Source: Anaerolineae bacterium (GTDB lineage Bacteria > Chloroflexota > Anaerolineae > Aggregatilineales > J027). Taken from it: a stretch of DNA of 44,237 nucleotides. The stretch covers positions 1 to 44,237 of the forward strand of contig JAAUUD010000001.1 of the NCBI GenBank assembly GCA_012031655.1. Direction: 5' to 3'. Below, piece after piece: positions 29,256-39,025 of this stretch (positions are counted from its first letter, which is position 1; each line of letters starts with the position of its first letter). Both the position numbers and the translations under genes were made by a program. A model generated the notes under the pieces. It was not told where the DNA came from and ran no database searches. It worked only from the letters and a program-made list of their open reading frames with translations.

Positions 29256-30875
29256 CTAGCCCGCCAGTTGAATGAGCAAGCCCTGGTTAGCCGGGAGTTC
29301 CAGCGCAGCCAACTCGACCTCAGTCTGATCTTCCGGGCGGGCGTAGGTGGCCAGGCGTACGGTCCCGCTGGCCCCCCCAGATGAGCAATCGAGGGTGGCG
29401 GGGGCATCTGCAAAGTTGATCACCACCAGCCAGCGCTCGCCCTCCAGGGTGCGGGTGTAGGCCAGCGCGTGGTTGGGTTGGTCTGCCAGCAGGGTGATGG
29501 CCCCCCAGCGTAGCGCGTCCGAGCTTTTGCGCAGCGCCAGCAGTTGCCGATAGAAATTGAGTGTCGAGGTTGGCTCGTGGTGTTGCAACATCACGTTAAC
29601 CTGCTCGTAATCCTGCGCGATGGGCAGCCAGGTTTCGACCCCCTCTGGCGAGAAGCCGGCATTGGCGGTGCTATCCCATTGCATGGGAGAGCGTTCGGGG
29701 TCGCGAGTGGCCGCCGGGTTGAATTTGCCCTGTGGGTCCTGAATTTTCTCCACCGGCAGGTCGATGTTCTGCATCCCGATTTCGTCACCATAATAGATGA
29801 CCGGCACGCCTTGCAGGGTCAGTAGCAGCAGCCCAGCGGCGCGGTGATTCCGGTGGCCGTAGCGCGTGGCCAGCCGGGGTTCATCGTGGCTGCCCAGCAC
29901 AAACGAGGCCACCGCGCCTTCGGGCAGCGCGGCGTAGTAGCTGCGCAGGTTGGCGCGCATTCCGGCGGCATCCCAGGGCTGCTTCATGAGGGTAAAGTTG
30001 AAAGGGATGTGGATTTCATCCAGGTTTTTGCCGTAGTAGGTGGCCAGTTCGTGATGGTCAAAGAACCAGGTTTCCCCGATGAAGAGCCGTTCCCCGGAGA
30101 ATTCTTCCAGCACTTGCCGAATCCCACGGATAACCTCGTGCACTTCGGGCTGGTTGACGTCGTACCGGTGGATCATCACCGGGGTTTCGGTGATCTGGTT
30201 AAAGAAATCTACGCCGCTGGTGAAGGGGTTATCCGGCATTTCCGGGTGCTTGAGGATGAAGGTCACCACATCCACGCGGAAGCCATCCACGCCGCGCCGC
30301 AGCCAGAAGCGAAGCGCCTCGTGAATGGCCGCCACCACATCCGGGTTGCGCCAGTTGAGGTCTGGCTGCTTAACGTCGAACAGGTGCAGGTAGTACTGCC
30401 TGGTGTGTTCATCCCAGGCCCAGGCCGGGCCGCCGAAGAAGCTCTCCCAGTTGTTGGGGGGGCTGCCATCGGGTTGGGCATCGCGCCAGTAGTACCAATC
30501 GCGCTTGGGGTTGTCGCGGCTGGAGCGTGACTCGATGAACCACGGGTGTTCATCTGAACTGTGGCTGGGCACAAAGTCCAGCACAATCCGCAGGCCGCGC
30601 GTGTGGGCTTCTGCCAGCAGGCGGTCGAAGGTGGCCAGGTCCCCAAACATGGGATGAACGTCGGTATAGTTGCTGACGTCATAGCCGAAGTCCGCCATGG
30701 GCGAGGGGTAAATAGGCGAAATCCAGATGATATCCACGCCTAGTTCGACCAGGTAATCCAGGCGGTGGATGATGCCTAGCAGGTCACCGACGCCATCACC
30801 ATTGCTGTCCATAAAACTACGTGGGTAAATCTGATAGATGACGGCGTTGTGCCACCAGGTACGGGGCAGGCTCAT
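29256..30875 (-). CDS. GH13 alpha-glucosidase / oligo-1,6-glucosidase-like
   Basis: WWHNAVIYQIYPRSFMDSNGDGVGDLLGI, IWISPIYPSPMADFGYDVSNY, VLDFVPSHSS, GVDGFRVDV, IGETW, VLGSHDEPR. These are the GH13 conserved regions I-IV. Confidence 0.9.
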   Translation of the reverse strand: MSLPRTWWHNAVIYQIYPRSFMDSNGDGVGDLLGIIHRLDYLVELGVDIIWISPIYPSPMADFGYDVSNYTDVHPMFGDLATFDRLLAEAHTRGLRIVLDFVPSHSSDEHPWFIESRSSRDNPKRDWYYWRDAQPDGSPPNNWESFFGGPAWAWDEHTRQYYLHLFDVKQPDLNWRNPDVVAAIHEALRFWLRRGVDGFRVDVVTFILKHPEMPDNPFTSGVDFFNQITETPVMIHRYDVNQPEVHEVIRGIRQVLEEFSGERLFIGETWFFDHHELATYYGKNLDEIHIPFNFTLMKQPWDAAGMRANLRSYYAALPEGAVASFVLGSHDEPRLATRYGHRNHRAAGLLLLTLQGVPVIYYGDEIGMQNIDLPVEKIQDPQGKFNPAATRDPERSPMQWDSTANAGFSPEGVETWLPIAQDYEQVNVMLQHHEPTSTLNFYRQLLALRKSSDALRWGAITLLADQPNHALAYTRTLEGERWLVVINFADAPATLDCSSGGASGTVRLATYARPEDQTEVELAALELPANQGLLIQLAG

Positions 30876-31062
30876 GGGCTGGGGGTCCTTTCTCTGTGTC
30901 TTGACATGGGTCTATTCTACGAGCAAAAGGGGATGGACCGATAGGGCGTGCCTGGGGTGAGGCTTGCCCGCGTGCAACATGACATACGGCACTACGGAGG
31001 GGGTGGAAACTATCATACGCTAAACATAGGATTAAAATATTTTAGGCGAAAGAGCAACCTCA

Positions 31063-31347
31063 ATGGCACATGGCACGATCTGGATTGATGTTGAGCGGTG
31101 CAAGGGTTGCGAACTGTGTATCGCAGCTTGCCCGCACGGACTGGTCCACCTCGACCCCACGCAACTGAATGCAAAAGGGTATCATCCCGCGCAACTCAAC
31201 GACCCGATTGGACGGTGTACAGGGTGCGCCCTATGTGCGGTGGTTTGCCCGGATGTAGCCATCCGCGTTTACCGTGAACCGCGTGGCAAACGGGCAGTTG
31301 ACCGTGCGCTTGCCGTGCAGCAGCCTGTGGAAGTCGTGGCGGTGTAG
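31063..31347 (+). CDS. 2-oxoacid:ferredoxin oxidoreductase delta subunit (2x[4Fe-4S] ferredoxin)
   Basis: [12 protein letters not shown] and [13 protein letters not shown] cluster motifs. It is the first gene of a delta-alpha-beta-gamma operon. Confidence 0.85.
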   Translation: MAHGTIWIDVERCKGCELCIAACPHGLVHLDPTQLNAKGYHPAQLNDPIGRCTGCALCAVVCPDVAIRVYREPRGKRAVDRALAVQQPVEVVAV

Positions 31348-31351
31348 CCCC

Positions 31352-32428
31352 ATGAGCCGCGAACTCCTGAAAGGCAACGTTGCGATTGCGGAAGCGGCCT
31401 TGCGGGCTGGGTGCCAGGCATTTTTTGGTTATCCCATCACGCCCCAAACTGAACTGCTGGAGCACATGGCGCGCCGCATGGTGGAACTGGACCGCGTTTT
31501 TTTGCAGGCAGAAAGTGAAGTCGCCGCGATTAATATGGTGTATGGCGCGGCCTGTGCAGGCGTCCGCACGATGACCTCTTCTTCCAGCCCCGGCTATAGC
31601 CTGATGCAGGAGGGCCTCTCGTATATTGCAGCCTCGGACGTGCCCTGTGTGGTGGTCGATGTGATGCGTGGCGGTCCGGGCCTGGGCAATATTCTGCCCT
31701 CCCAGGGTGACTATTTTCAGATTACGCGCTCGGCGGGGCATGGTGATTATCGCCCGATTGTCCTGGCTCCGGCAACTGTTCAAGAAGCCATTGACTTCAC
31801 TGAACTCGCCTTTGATCTGGCGGAGCAGTATCGGCACCTGGTTGTCTTGGCAGCAGACGGCCAGTTGGGCCAGATGATGGAGCCTGCCGAACTGCCGTCG
31901 ATGCGCAGTCTGCCGCGCACACGCCCGGCCTGGGCCATCACCGGCGCTGCCGGGCGGGCACCAAACCGCATCTCTTCTTTGTATATGAACGCTGAGGAAG
32001 AAGAAGCTTTTAACCTGCGCATCCAGGCGCGCCTGGCGCAAATCTGCGCCGCAGAGCAGCGCAGCACCGAAGTCCAGGCCACCCATGCCGAGTTGCTGGT
32101 CATTGGTTTTGGTACCGCCGGGCGCATCGCGGCCAGCGCAGTAGAACAGGCCCGCGCCGAAGGGCTGCGGGTGGGCCTCTTCCGTCCGCAAACGCTCTAC
32201 CCCTTCCCGGCGGAGCGGCTGTCGGCTTTGCTGGCGTGTTGCGCGGTGCAGAACATCCTGGTGATCGAGATGAACGCCGGGCAGATGGTCGAGGATGTGC
32301 GGTTGGTGGTGGCGGGTCGGGTGCCGGTGCACCATTACGGGCGCCTGGGTGGGGTGGTGCCCTATCCCGAAGAGCTTTATACGGTCATCCAGCAGCATTA
32401 CCCGTCCCTGGCGGCGTCAGCAGAATAG
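31352..32428 (+). CDS. 2-oxoacid:ferredoxin oxidoreductase alpha subunit
   Basis: [35 protein letters not shown].. is the typical KorA/PorA N-terminus. ATG 31352 lies 4 nt after the delta stop. Confidence 0.9.
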   Translation: MSRELLKGNVAIAEAALRAGCQAFFGYPITPQTELLEHMARRMVELDRVFLQAESEVAAINMVYGAACAGVRTMTSSSSPGYSLMQEGLSYIAASDVPCVVVDVMRGGPGLGNILPSQGDYFQITRSAGHGDYRPIVLAPATVQEAIDFTELAFDLAEQYRHLVVLAADGQLGQMMEPAELPSMRSLPRTRPAWAITGAAGRAPNRISSLYMNAEEEEAFNLRIQARLAQICAAEQRSTEVQATHAELLVIGFGTAGRIAASAVEQARAEGLRVGLFRPQTLYPFPAERLSALLACCAVQNILVIEMNAGQMVEDVRLVVAGRVPVHHYGRLGGVVPYPEELYTVIQQHYPSLAASAE

Positions 32429-32441
32429 AAAGGGCAGAGCA

Positions 32442-33215
32442 ATGGCAAACTTGATGATGGAACCGGTTTACGAACGACCTGCCGCCCTGGAAGATCGCGC
32501 CACGCACTATTGCCCGGGCTGCACCCATGGCGTCGCGCATCGCCTGCTGGCCGAAGCCCTGGATGAGCTGGGCCTGCGCGAGCAAACCATCCTGGTCGCG
32601 CCGGTGGGTTGCGCCGTATTTGCTTATGAATACTTCCGTATTGACGGATGCGAGGCCGCCCATGGCCGCGCCCCGGCCATGGCCACGGGCATTAAACGCG
32701 TGTTACCCGACCGAACCGTGGTCACCTACCAGGGCGACGGGGATCTGGCCGCCATTGGTACCGCTGAGATTTTGCACGCGGCAGCGCGGGGCGAGAACAT
32801 TACGACGCTGTTTGTGAACAACGCGATTTATGGCATGACCGGCGGCCAGATGGCCCCTACCACGCTCCCAGGGCAAAAAACCACCTCTTCGCCGTTTGGG
32901 CGCAACACGGCCCAGGCGGGCTTTCCGCTCAAGATGAGTGAAATCCTGGCGCAAACGCCGGGGGCTGCGTACATTGTACGGCGCTCGTTGCATGATGCCC
33001 GGCACATTAACCAGGCGAAAAAAGCCATCCTCACCGCGCTGCGTGTTCAGCAGGCTGGGCTGGGCTTTAGCATGGTCGAGTTGCTTTCGAGCTGTCCGAC
33101 CAATTGGGGGATGACGCCCTTGGAGGCGCTCCGCTGGCTAGAAAGCGAAATGCTCCCCGCGTATCCGCTGGGGGACTACCAGGTGAGCGAAGCTGTGCGG
33201 GCCTTAGGAGGGTAA
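32442..33215 (+). CDS. 2-oxoacid:ferredoxin oxidoreductase beta subunit (TPP-binding)
   Basis: YCPGCTHGV (Cys cluster) and [20 protein letters not shown] (TPP motif GDG..NN). Confidence 0.9.
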   Translation: MANLMMEPVYERPAALEDRATHYCPGCTHGVAHRLLAEALDELGLREQTILVAPVGCAVFAYEYFRIDGCEAAHGRAPAMATGIKRVLPDRTVVTYQGDGDLAAIGTAEILHAAARGENITTLFVNNAIYGMTGGQMAPTTLPGQKTTSSPFGRNTAQAGFPLKMSEILAQTPGAAYIVRRSLHDARHINQAKKAILTALRVQQAGLGFSMVELLSSCPTNWGMTPLEALRWLESEMLPAYPLGDYQVSEAVRALGG

Positions 33216-33219
33216 AGCG

Positions 33220-33771
33220 ATGCAAACTGCTTATTTACTGGCTGGCTTCGGCGGCCAGGGGGTGATGTTCGCTGGGCAACTGATGGCCTATGCTGGAATG
33301 GAACACGGCTACGAGGTGACGTGGATTCCCTCTTATGGGCCGGAGATGCGCGGCGGCACGGCGCACTGTACGGTGATCCTGAGCGATTGCCCGATTGGCT
33401 CGCCCCTGGTGCGCCATCCCCAGGTAGTCATCGCCTTTAACAAGCCTTCCGCGCAAAAGTACGCTGGCCAGGAAGACCCCGCTGGCCTCTTTGTGGTGAA
33501 TCGTTCGCTGGTTGATGAGGTCCCGTTGGCCGTGCAGGGGCAGTTGGTGGAGGTTCGCGCGACGGACATTGCCGACCAGCTTGGAAACACGCGCCTGACC
33601 AATATGGTGCTGCTGGGGGCGGCCCTGGCGGCGCGCCCGGTTTTGCCGCTGGCGGTTCTGGAAGCAGCCCTGGTCGCGCATATCCCGGCGCATCGGCGGG
33701 GTTTGCTGCCGCTGAATCAACAAGCGCTGGCGGCGGGCGCTGCCCTGGTGTCAGCAGCGCAGCCCGGCTAA
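33220..33771 (+). CDS. 2-oxoacid:ferredoxin oxidoreductase gamma subunit
   Basis: LAGFGGQGVMFAGQLMA .. SYGPEMRGGTAHCTVILSD is the gamma-subunit signature. AGGAGG RBS upstream. Confidence 0.9.
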   Translation: MQTAYLLAGFGGQGVMFAGQLMAYAGMEHGYEVTWIPSYGPEMRGGTAHCTVILSDCPIGSPLVRHPQVVIAFNKPSAQKYAGQEDPAGLFVVNRSLVDEVPLAVQGQLVEVRATDIADQLGNTRLTNMVLLGAALAARPVLPLAVLEAALVAHIPAHRRGLLPLNQQALAAGAALVSAAQPG

Positions 33772-33793
33772 TCTGGCCCCTGCCCCCATGTGC

Positions 33794-33830
33794 TACAATG
33801 GACGCGTTCACCCATAGCGGGAGCGCGTCC
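33794..33830 (+). promoter_or_regulatory. TACAAT -10-like box followed by a 7-bp hairpin in the leader of the nuclease gene
   Basis: gtGCTACAAT (33792-33799), then GGACGCG (33800-33806), a 17-nt loop, and CGCGTCC (33824-33830). The ATG is at 33833. Confidence 0.3.
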
Positions 33831-33832
33831 AA

Positions 33833-34632
33833 ATGGAATTCCCCCCCAACTTTCAGTTTAGCCAGAGCAGCCTGAGCGACTACCAGGTTTGCCAGCGCCG
33901 TTTTTGCTGAAGCACGTCCAACACCTGGCCTGGCCGGGCGTCGAAGTGCAACCCATTTTGGAGCGCGAAGCCCACATGCGCCAGGGGGCGGCTTTTCATC
34001 GGTTGGTCCAGCAGCATGTACTGGGCCTGGCGGTGGAACCTCTGGTTCAGGGCGAGAAACTGGCGCGCTGGTGGGCCAGCTTCCAGGCGCACCCACCGGC
34101 TGACTTACCCGAAAAACGCGCCGCCGAGGTCACGGTTTCCGCGCTGGTGCAAGGGGTGCCGCTGATCGCCAAGTATGATCTGGTGGCGGTGGAACCCGGG
34201 GTTCGGGCGGTGATCGTAGACTGGAAGACAACCGCACAACAGCCCCGGCGCCAACACCTGGCTGAGCACCTGCAAACCCGCATCTATCGCTATTTGCTGG
34301 CGCGGAGTGGGTTAGGCTCCCTGGGGCGCTACGCCCCGGGGCAGATCGAAATGCGCTATTGGTTTGCGGATTTTCCAGAGCAAGCTGAGCGTTTTACCTA
34401 CTCTGATATGGAATATGCAGCGGATGAGCAGATGCTCAATGGGTTGGTGGCCACGATTGCACAGCAAACGGAGTTCCCGCTGACGCCGGATACGCGCCAG
34501 TGCCGCTTTTGCCGCTATCGCTCGCTGTGTGACCGGGGTCGTGAGATCGGGGACCTGGACACGCTGTTAGCCACTGAAGATGCCCTGGAAAGCGAAGTCG
34601 CGCTGGAAGCTGCTTACGAACTGGAGCTGTGA
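33833..34632 (+). CDS. PD-(D/E)XK nuclease, Cas4/AddB-like with a four-Cys cluster; frameshift at T5 33901-33905
   Basis: MEFPPNFQFSQSSLSDYQVCQRRF | LLKHVQHLAWP.. joins ORF 33889..34632 if T5 is T6. The catalytic pattern is ..AKYDLVAV..AVIVDWKTT (D..DxK). The Cys ligands are C20 plus CRFCRYRSLC (C-x2-C-x5-C). Confidence 0.65.
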
Positions 34633-35502
34633 GCTGCCCCAGCTTGCAGGAAGTTGAGCAGTGTGTGGTTCACAAAGTCCGGGTTTTCCTGGGCGGCCCA
34701 ATGTCCTGCCCCGGGAATCAGGGCGATTTGCGCCAGGGGGACAGTATCCGTGGCGCCATCGAGCAAGCTCTGCGGGGCGCTGCGGTCTTTTTCTGACCAC
34801 AAGATCAGCGTTTTGTGCTGAATGTTCACCGATTGGGGGGGTGATCGCGTAACCAGCGGATGGTGTAGGGCACATAAAGCGAGGCGCTACGGGCAGCGCG
34901 GCGATAGGCTCGGCTATGCGCGGCGCGGACTTCCACCGGAAAGGCGCTGCGATTGGCCGCCAGCACCAGCATCACGCGGCCAATGCCAATGGCTTCGTTG
35001 GTGCCAGCCAGGGCAGGCATCAGCAAGCGTTGGGCGGTGTCTGCAATAGCTGCGGCCAGGTGCATCTCGCTGCGCCCCAGGCGAGCATGGTGGGCCACTT
35101 TGCCGGGAACAACGCGTTAATGCTGGCTATTTTATAAACGCGTTCTGGGTGAAAGAGGGCCAGGTAGTAGGCCAGAAAGCCGCCAAAGTCGCTGCCGATA
35201 ATCGTGGCGCGTGGATAGCCCAGGGCATCCAATAACAGCAGGCAGTCCTCCGCCAGGGTTGGGGGCGCATAATCCCCGGAGGGGTGGTCCGAATAGTTGA
35301 AGCCGCGCAGGTCCGGCGCCAGCACCCGATAGCCCGCCTGGGCCAGGGCGCGCAACTGGTGGCGCCAACTCCACCAGAACTCCGGGAAGCCGTGCAAGAA
35401 AAGGATCGGAACGCCATCGGGCGGCCCGGCGCTGACCACATGCAGGCGCAAGGCGGGGCGAATCTGGATGAGAAAACCCCGTTCGTCTGGTCCGGGTAGC
35501 AT
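34614..35502 (-). CDS. Alpha/beta hydrolase (epoxide-hydrolase/haloalkane-dehalogenase-like), two frameshifts (35099-35101 and G7 34835-34841)
   Basis: LFLHGFPEFWWSWRHQL, IGSDFGGFLAYY (nucleophile elbow with Asp), and the C-terminal IPGAGHWAAQENPDFV. Three ORF pieces (35020..35502, 34826..35098, 34614..34829) are colinear with one protein. Confidence 0.75.
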
Positions 35503-35525
35503 GGAGTCTGCCTTCTGAGGCGCGG

Positions 35526-36462
35526 CTAGGGCTTCACGGTGGTTTGGATCACCTGCGTTGCCCCGGCAGCCTTAAGCGCGTGCTGGACGTGCGCTGCGCG
35601 AGCCGCCTCTACCAGGGCCAGCATGTTGCCACCTCGCCCGCCGCCGGATGCCTTGGCACCCAGCGCCCCTGCTTCTAGTGCGGCTTCGCACAGGATGTCC
35701 AGGGCGGGGGACGAGACGGTCAGCTTTTGCAGCAATTCGTGGTTCTCGTTCATGAGGGTGCCCAGTTCGGCCAGCGTGCCTTGCTCGATGGACTGGCGGG
35801 CGGCGCGGACGATCTCGCCAATGCGATGAATGAGCGGGCTGGTGCGTTCTAGGGCGGTTTCCAGCAGGCGGCGCACATCCCCCACCGTGATTTTGGTTGG
35901 CGTGCTGTGGCCGCTATCGCCCACCAGCAAGGTAAAGGGACGGGCAATCCTTAACCGTTCGATGGGCTGAGCGCGCAAAAAAAAGACTGGCTGTTCGTAA
36001 ACAATCACGGTGTTGTCAATGCCGCTGGGCGTGCCGTGGTGGACTTTTTCGGTCTCGTAAACCAGTGTATTGAGCGCTTCAACGGTCAGCGGGCGATCCA
36101 GAAAGAGCGCCAGCGCACGCGCGATGGCAGTGCTCACCGCTGCGCCACTCCCCAGTCCACTGCCCATCGGGATTTCGGACTCCAGAATGATGATGCAATC
36201 CGGGGGGTGGGCCAGGCCGAAATGGGCGAAAGTGAGCTGCGCGATGTGGAGCAGGGTGTTCTGAGAGTGATCTTTGCCGGGTTCGAAGGTCAGGGCATGG
36301 CGCAAGCCCTGGGCCAGAATGCTGGCGCCGCTATCGGTGGGGCTTTTCTACCCGTGCTCGTGCGCGGACTGCGCTCACGGGCACGGCAATAGCAGGTTGA
36401 CCGTGCACCACGGCATGTTCGCCCACAAGGATGACTTTGGCAGGAGCGCTGGCGGTTACCAT
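35526..36462 (-). CDS. mvk: Mevalonate kinase (GHMP kinase family); frameshift at G4/C4 run 36339-36342
   Basis: The N-terminal 44-codon piece [29 protein letters not shown].. joins ..[19 protein letters not shown].. GHMP motif [17 protein letters not shown]. The C-terminus has KASGGGRGG. Confidence 0.75.
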
Positions 36463-36465
36463 CGG

Positions 36466-37368
36466 CTACACCAGGTAGAGGAACACAAGAATCATCGCAA
36501 CCCAGGTGACAATCGACACCTGGAGCGGTCGGTCAATGAACAGCACCTCGGTGGGGTCGCCGCCTTCTTTGCGTACATGGATGATGAACAGGTAGCGGAA
36601 CAGCGCAAAGTACACGACCGGCACGGTCAGCAGCATGTACTCCGGCGCGGCCAGGCGGGTTTCGGCCTCGGTTGCATAGAGGGTATAGGCGATGGCAGTT
36701 CCCGCCAGCACCAGGCGCAGCATGTCGTCCAGCAGTTCGAGCGTATAACTGTTATACGTTGCTTTGAACTTACTGGCGTCATCTCCCAGCAGCAGCAGCT
36801 CCTGACGGCGCTTGCCAATGGCCAGAAACAGCGAGAGCAACCCGGCGCAGACATACAACCAGGGCGAGAAATTCTGCACGTCAATCACCACCACGCCCGC
36901 GATCACCCGCAGCACAAACCCTCCGGCAATCGCAAAGACATCCACCAACACAATGTTCTTGAGGGCAAAACTATAGGCAATGTGCAGGGCCAGGTAGGCC
37001 AGCAGCACCCCCGCCAGGGCTGGGCTGAGCATCCAGCCGCCGATCAATGCCACAATGGGGAAGATCAGCGCCGTGCCTATCGCATAAACAACCGGCAACT
37101 GGCCAGAAGGCAGTGGGCGAAACTTCTTCTTGGGGTGCAGGCGGTCTTTCTCGATATCGACCAGATCATTGATCAGATAGATCGTGCTGGCAGCCAGGCA
37201 CAACAAGCCAAAGGCCATCAGCACGCGCAAGACGTAGTTCGGGTCCGAGAGCTTTTGGTCAAAGAGAATCCCGGCAAACACAAAGCCGTTCTTGGTCCAT
37301 TGCCGGGGGCGCATGGTTCGCAACAAGGCTATAGGTACGAGCATAGGACGCTTGGTTTCTAGGATCAT
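36466..37368 (-). CDS. UbiA-family prenyltransferase, decaprenyl-phosphate phosphoribosyltransferase-like
   Basis: RPRQWTKNGFVFAGILF and NDLVDIEKDRLHPKKKFRPLPSG (NDxxDxxxD) with ~8 TM helices. The stop lies 3 nt before the mvk start. Confidence 0.8.
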   Translation of the reverse strand: MILETKRPMLVPIALLRTMRPRQWTKNGFVFAGILFDQKLSDPNYVLRVLMAFGLLCLAASTIYLINDLVDIEKDRLHPKKKFRPLPSGQLPVVYAIGTALIFPIVALIGGWMLSPALAGVLLAYLALHIAYSFALKNIVLVDVFAIAGGFVLRVIAGVVVIDVQNFSPWLYVCAGLLSLFLAIGKRRQELLLLGDDASKFKATYNSYTLELLDDMLRLVLAGTAIAYTLYATEAETRLAAPEYMLLTVPVVYFALFRYLFIIHVRKEGGDPTEVLFIDRPLQVSIVTWVAMILVFLYLV

Positions 37369-37487
37369 GGTGGCTGCATTATAGCAGAACCCCGGGGAGC
37401 GTCATGGGCCAGTTGTGGGCGAGCCAAGGTTGATCGTATGGCCGCGAATCCGGTACTATCCCCCATAGAAGATGCAAGGAGGCCCGC

Positions 37488-38282
37488 ATGCCCACCAAAC
37501 AACGCCTGGATAGCCTGGTTTTTGAACGCCAGTTGGCTCCTAGCCGCGAACTCGCCCGCCGCTACATCATGGCGGGCGAAGTGCGGGTTAATGGACAGGT
37601 GGTGGATAAACCGGGGACCCTGGTGGCGGCAGACGCCGACGTGAGCGTGGAAGGGCAGGCGCGCTTCGTGAGCCGGGGCGGGGAAAAACTGGCGGCTGCG
37701 CTGGAGGCGTTTGGTGTGGTGGTGGACGGGCAGGTGTGTGCAGACGTAGGCGCTAGCACGGGTGGCTTTACTGATTGCTTGTTGCAATATGGGGCCAGTA
37801 AGGTCTATGCGATTGATGTGGGCTATGGCCAGTTGGCGCACAAACTGCGCATAGACCCACGCGTGGCCGTGCTGGAACGCACCAATGCACGCAACCTGGC
37901 AGCCCTGCCAGAAACAGTGGATGTGGTGGTGATGGATGTGTCCTTTATCTCGTTGCGCTTGCTCTTTCCAGCGATGCGGAGCTGGTTGAAGCCACAAGCA
38001 AACGTGGTGCCGCTCATTAAGCCACAGTTCGAGGCCGGGCGCGAAGATGTTGGCAAGGGCGGCGTTGTTAAGGACCCGGCAGTGCACCGGCGGGTGTTGC
38101 TGGAAGTCTTGACCGCCGCCCAAAGCTGGGATTTGCAAGCGCACGGCCTGATTCGCAGCCCGATCCAGGGCGCCAAGGAAGGCAACACCGAGTTTCTGGC
38201 CTGGCTCCGCTGGGGCACGGGCCAACCCGGCCCGGTGATCGAAGCGCTGGTCGAAACCGTGTTGCCTCCAGACGCCTCCTGA
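37488..38282 (+). CDS. tlyA: TlyA-family rRNA 2'-O-methyltransferase (S4 plus FtsJ domains)
   Basis: RLDSLVFERQLAPSRELARRYIMAGEVRVNG (S4), DVGASTGGFTDCLL (SAM motif I) and DVSFISL. RBS AAGGAGG. Confidence 0.9.
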   Translation: MPTKQRLDSLVFERQLAPSRELARRYIMAGEVRVNGQVVDKPGTLVAADADVSVEGQARFVSRGGEKLAAALEAFGVVVDGQVCADVGASTGGFTDCLLQYGASKVYAIDVGYGQLAHKLRIDPRVAVLERTNARNLAALPETVDVVVMDVSFISLRLLFPAMRSWLKPQANVVPLIKPQFEAGREDVGKGGVVKDPAVHRRVLLEVLTAAQSWDLQAHGLIRSPIQGAKEGNTEFLAWLRWGTGQPGPVIEALVETVLPPDAS

Positions 38283-38341
38283 CTCAGTCAGAGGCTGCTA
38301 AAATCAGGTATCTGAGTTTACAAGGTAACGAAGGCGGCAGC

Positions 38342-38971
38342 ATGACCCCTCCCCAGCACGACCCCTTCCAGACGCCGCTCATCGGCGACGAGCCCGCACC
38401 TCCGTATTCCCGCGAGTGGGTGGATGCACGGGTTGAATATCTCGAACCCGAGACCCGCACCGGGGGAAGATGGCGGCGCGGGTTGCTTATTCTGGTGGCG
38501 CTGGTCCTCATCCCGGCTATGGTGTTTGTGATGGCCGGGGGTGCCTCAAGCATCAACTTCTTTCAATCGCTTACGGAACGGGGGGAGGTTGAGCAGGTGG
38601 TGCATCGCTTTATGCAGCACATGGAAGCGCAAGACGCCGAAGAAGCGTACACCCTCTACTCGGAACGCTCGCGCTTCCACACCAGTCTTTTGGACCTGCA
38701 AGACCTGCTGGTGCGGCGCAATTACGTCCTGTTTGATGCTTACGAAAGGGTGGACATCACCGACCTGCGGATTGGCCAGGTGGTAAACCAGCAACCTGGC
38801 TTGCCGTTGGGCACGGTGGCGACGGCGCACGGCACCATCACCTATGCAGATGGCTACGAGGGGAGTTTTCGTGCTACGCTGGAGAAGGTTAACGGCGACT
38901 GGCGTCTGTTTGATATCGATATTTCTGTGCCACCTGGCAAAGTGCAGGACTATAACAACCTGATCGCATGA
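38342..38971 (+). CDS. Membrane-anchored hypothetical protein with an NTF2-like (DUF4878-like) ectodomain
   Basis: Single TM LLILVALVLIPAMVFVMAG. The C-terminal pattern VVHRFMQHMEAQDAEEAYTLYS .. FRATLEKVNGDWRLFDIDI is typical of NTF2-like folds. Confidence 0.5.
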   Translation: MTPPQHDPFQTPLIGDEPAPPYSREWVDARVEYLEPETRTGGRWRRGLLILVALVLIPAMVFVMAGGASSINFFQSLTERGEVEQVVHRFMQHMEAQDAEEAYTLYSERSRFHTSLLDLQDLLVRRNYVLFDAYERVDITDLRIGQVVNQQPGLPLGTVATAHGTITYADGYEGSFRATLEKVNGDWRLFDIDISVPPGKVQDYNNLIA

Positions 38972-38980
38972 GCAAACCAG

Positions 38981-39004
38981 GGGGCGAGCTAGCCGACTCG
39001 CCCC
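38981..39004. terminator. 8-bp GC hairpin between convergent genes (possible bidirectional terminator)
   Basis: GGGGCGAG (38981-38988), loop CTAGCCGA, then CTCGCCCC (38997-39004). Confidence 0.45.
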
Positions 39005-39025
39005 GCGATCCTCAGCCTGAACTGC

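Noticed and set aside
33833-34632. The Cas4-like nuclease as evidence of a CRISPR-Cas locus.
   Set aside because: There is no repeat-spacer array and no cas1, cas2 or effector genes within the window. The flanking genes are metabolic.
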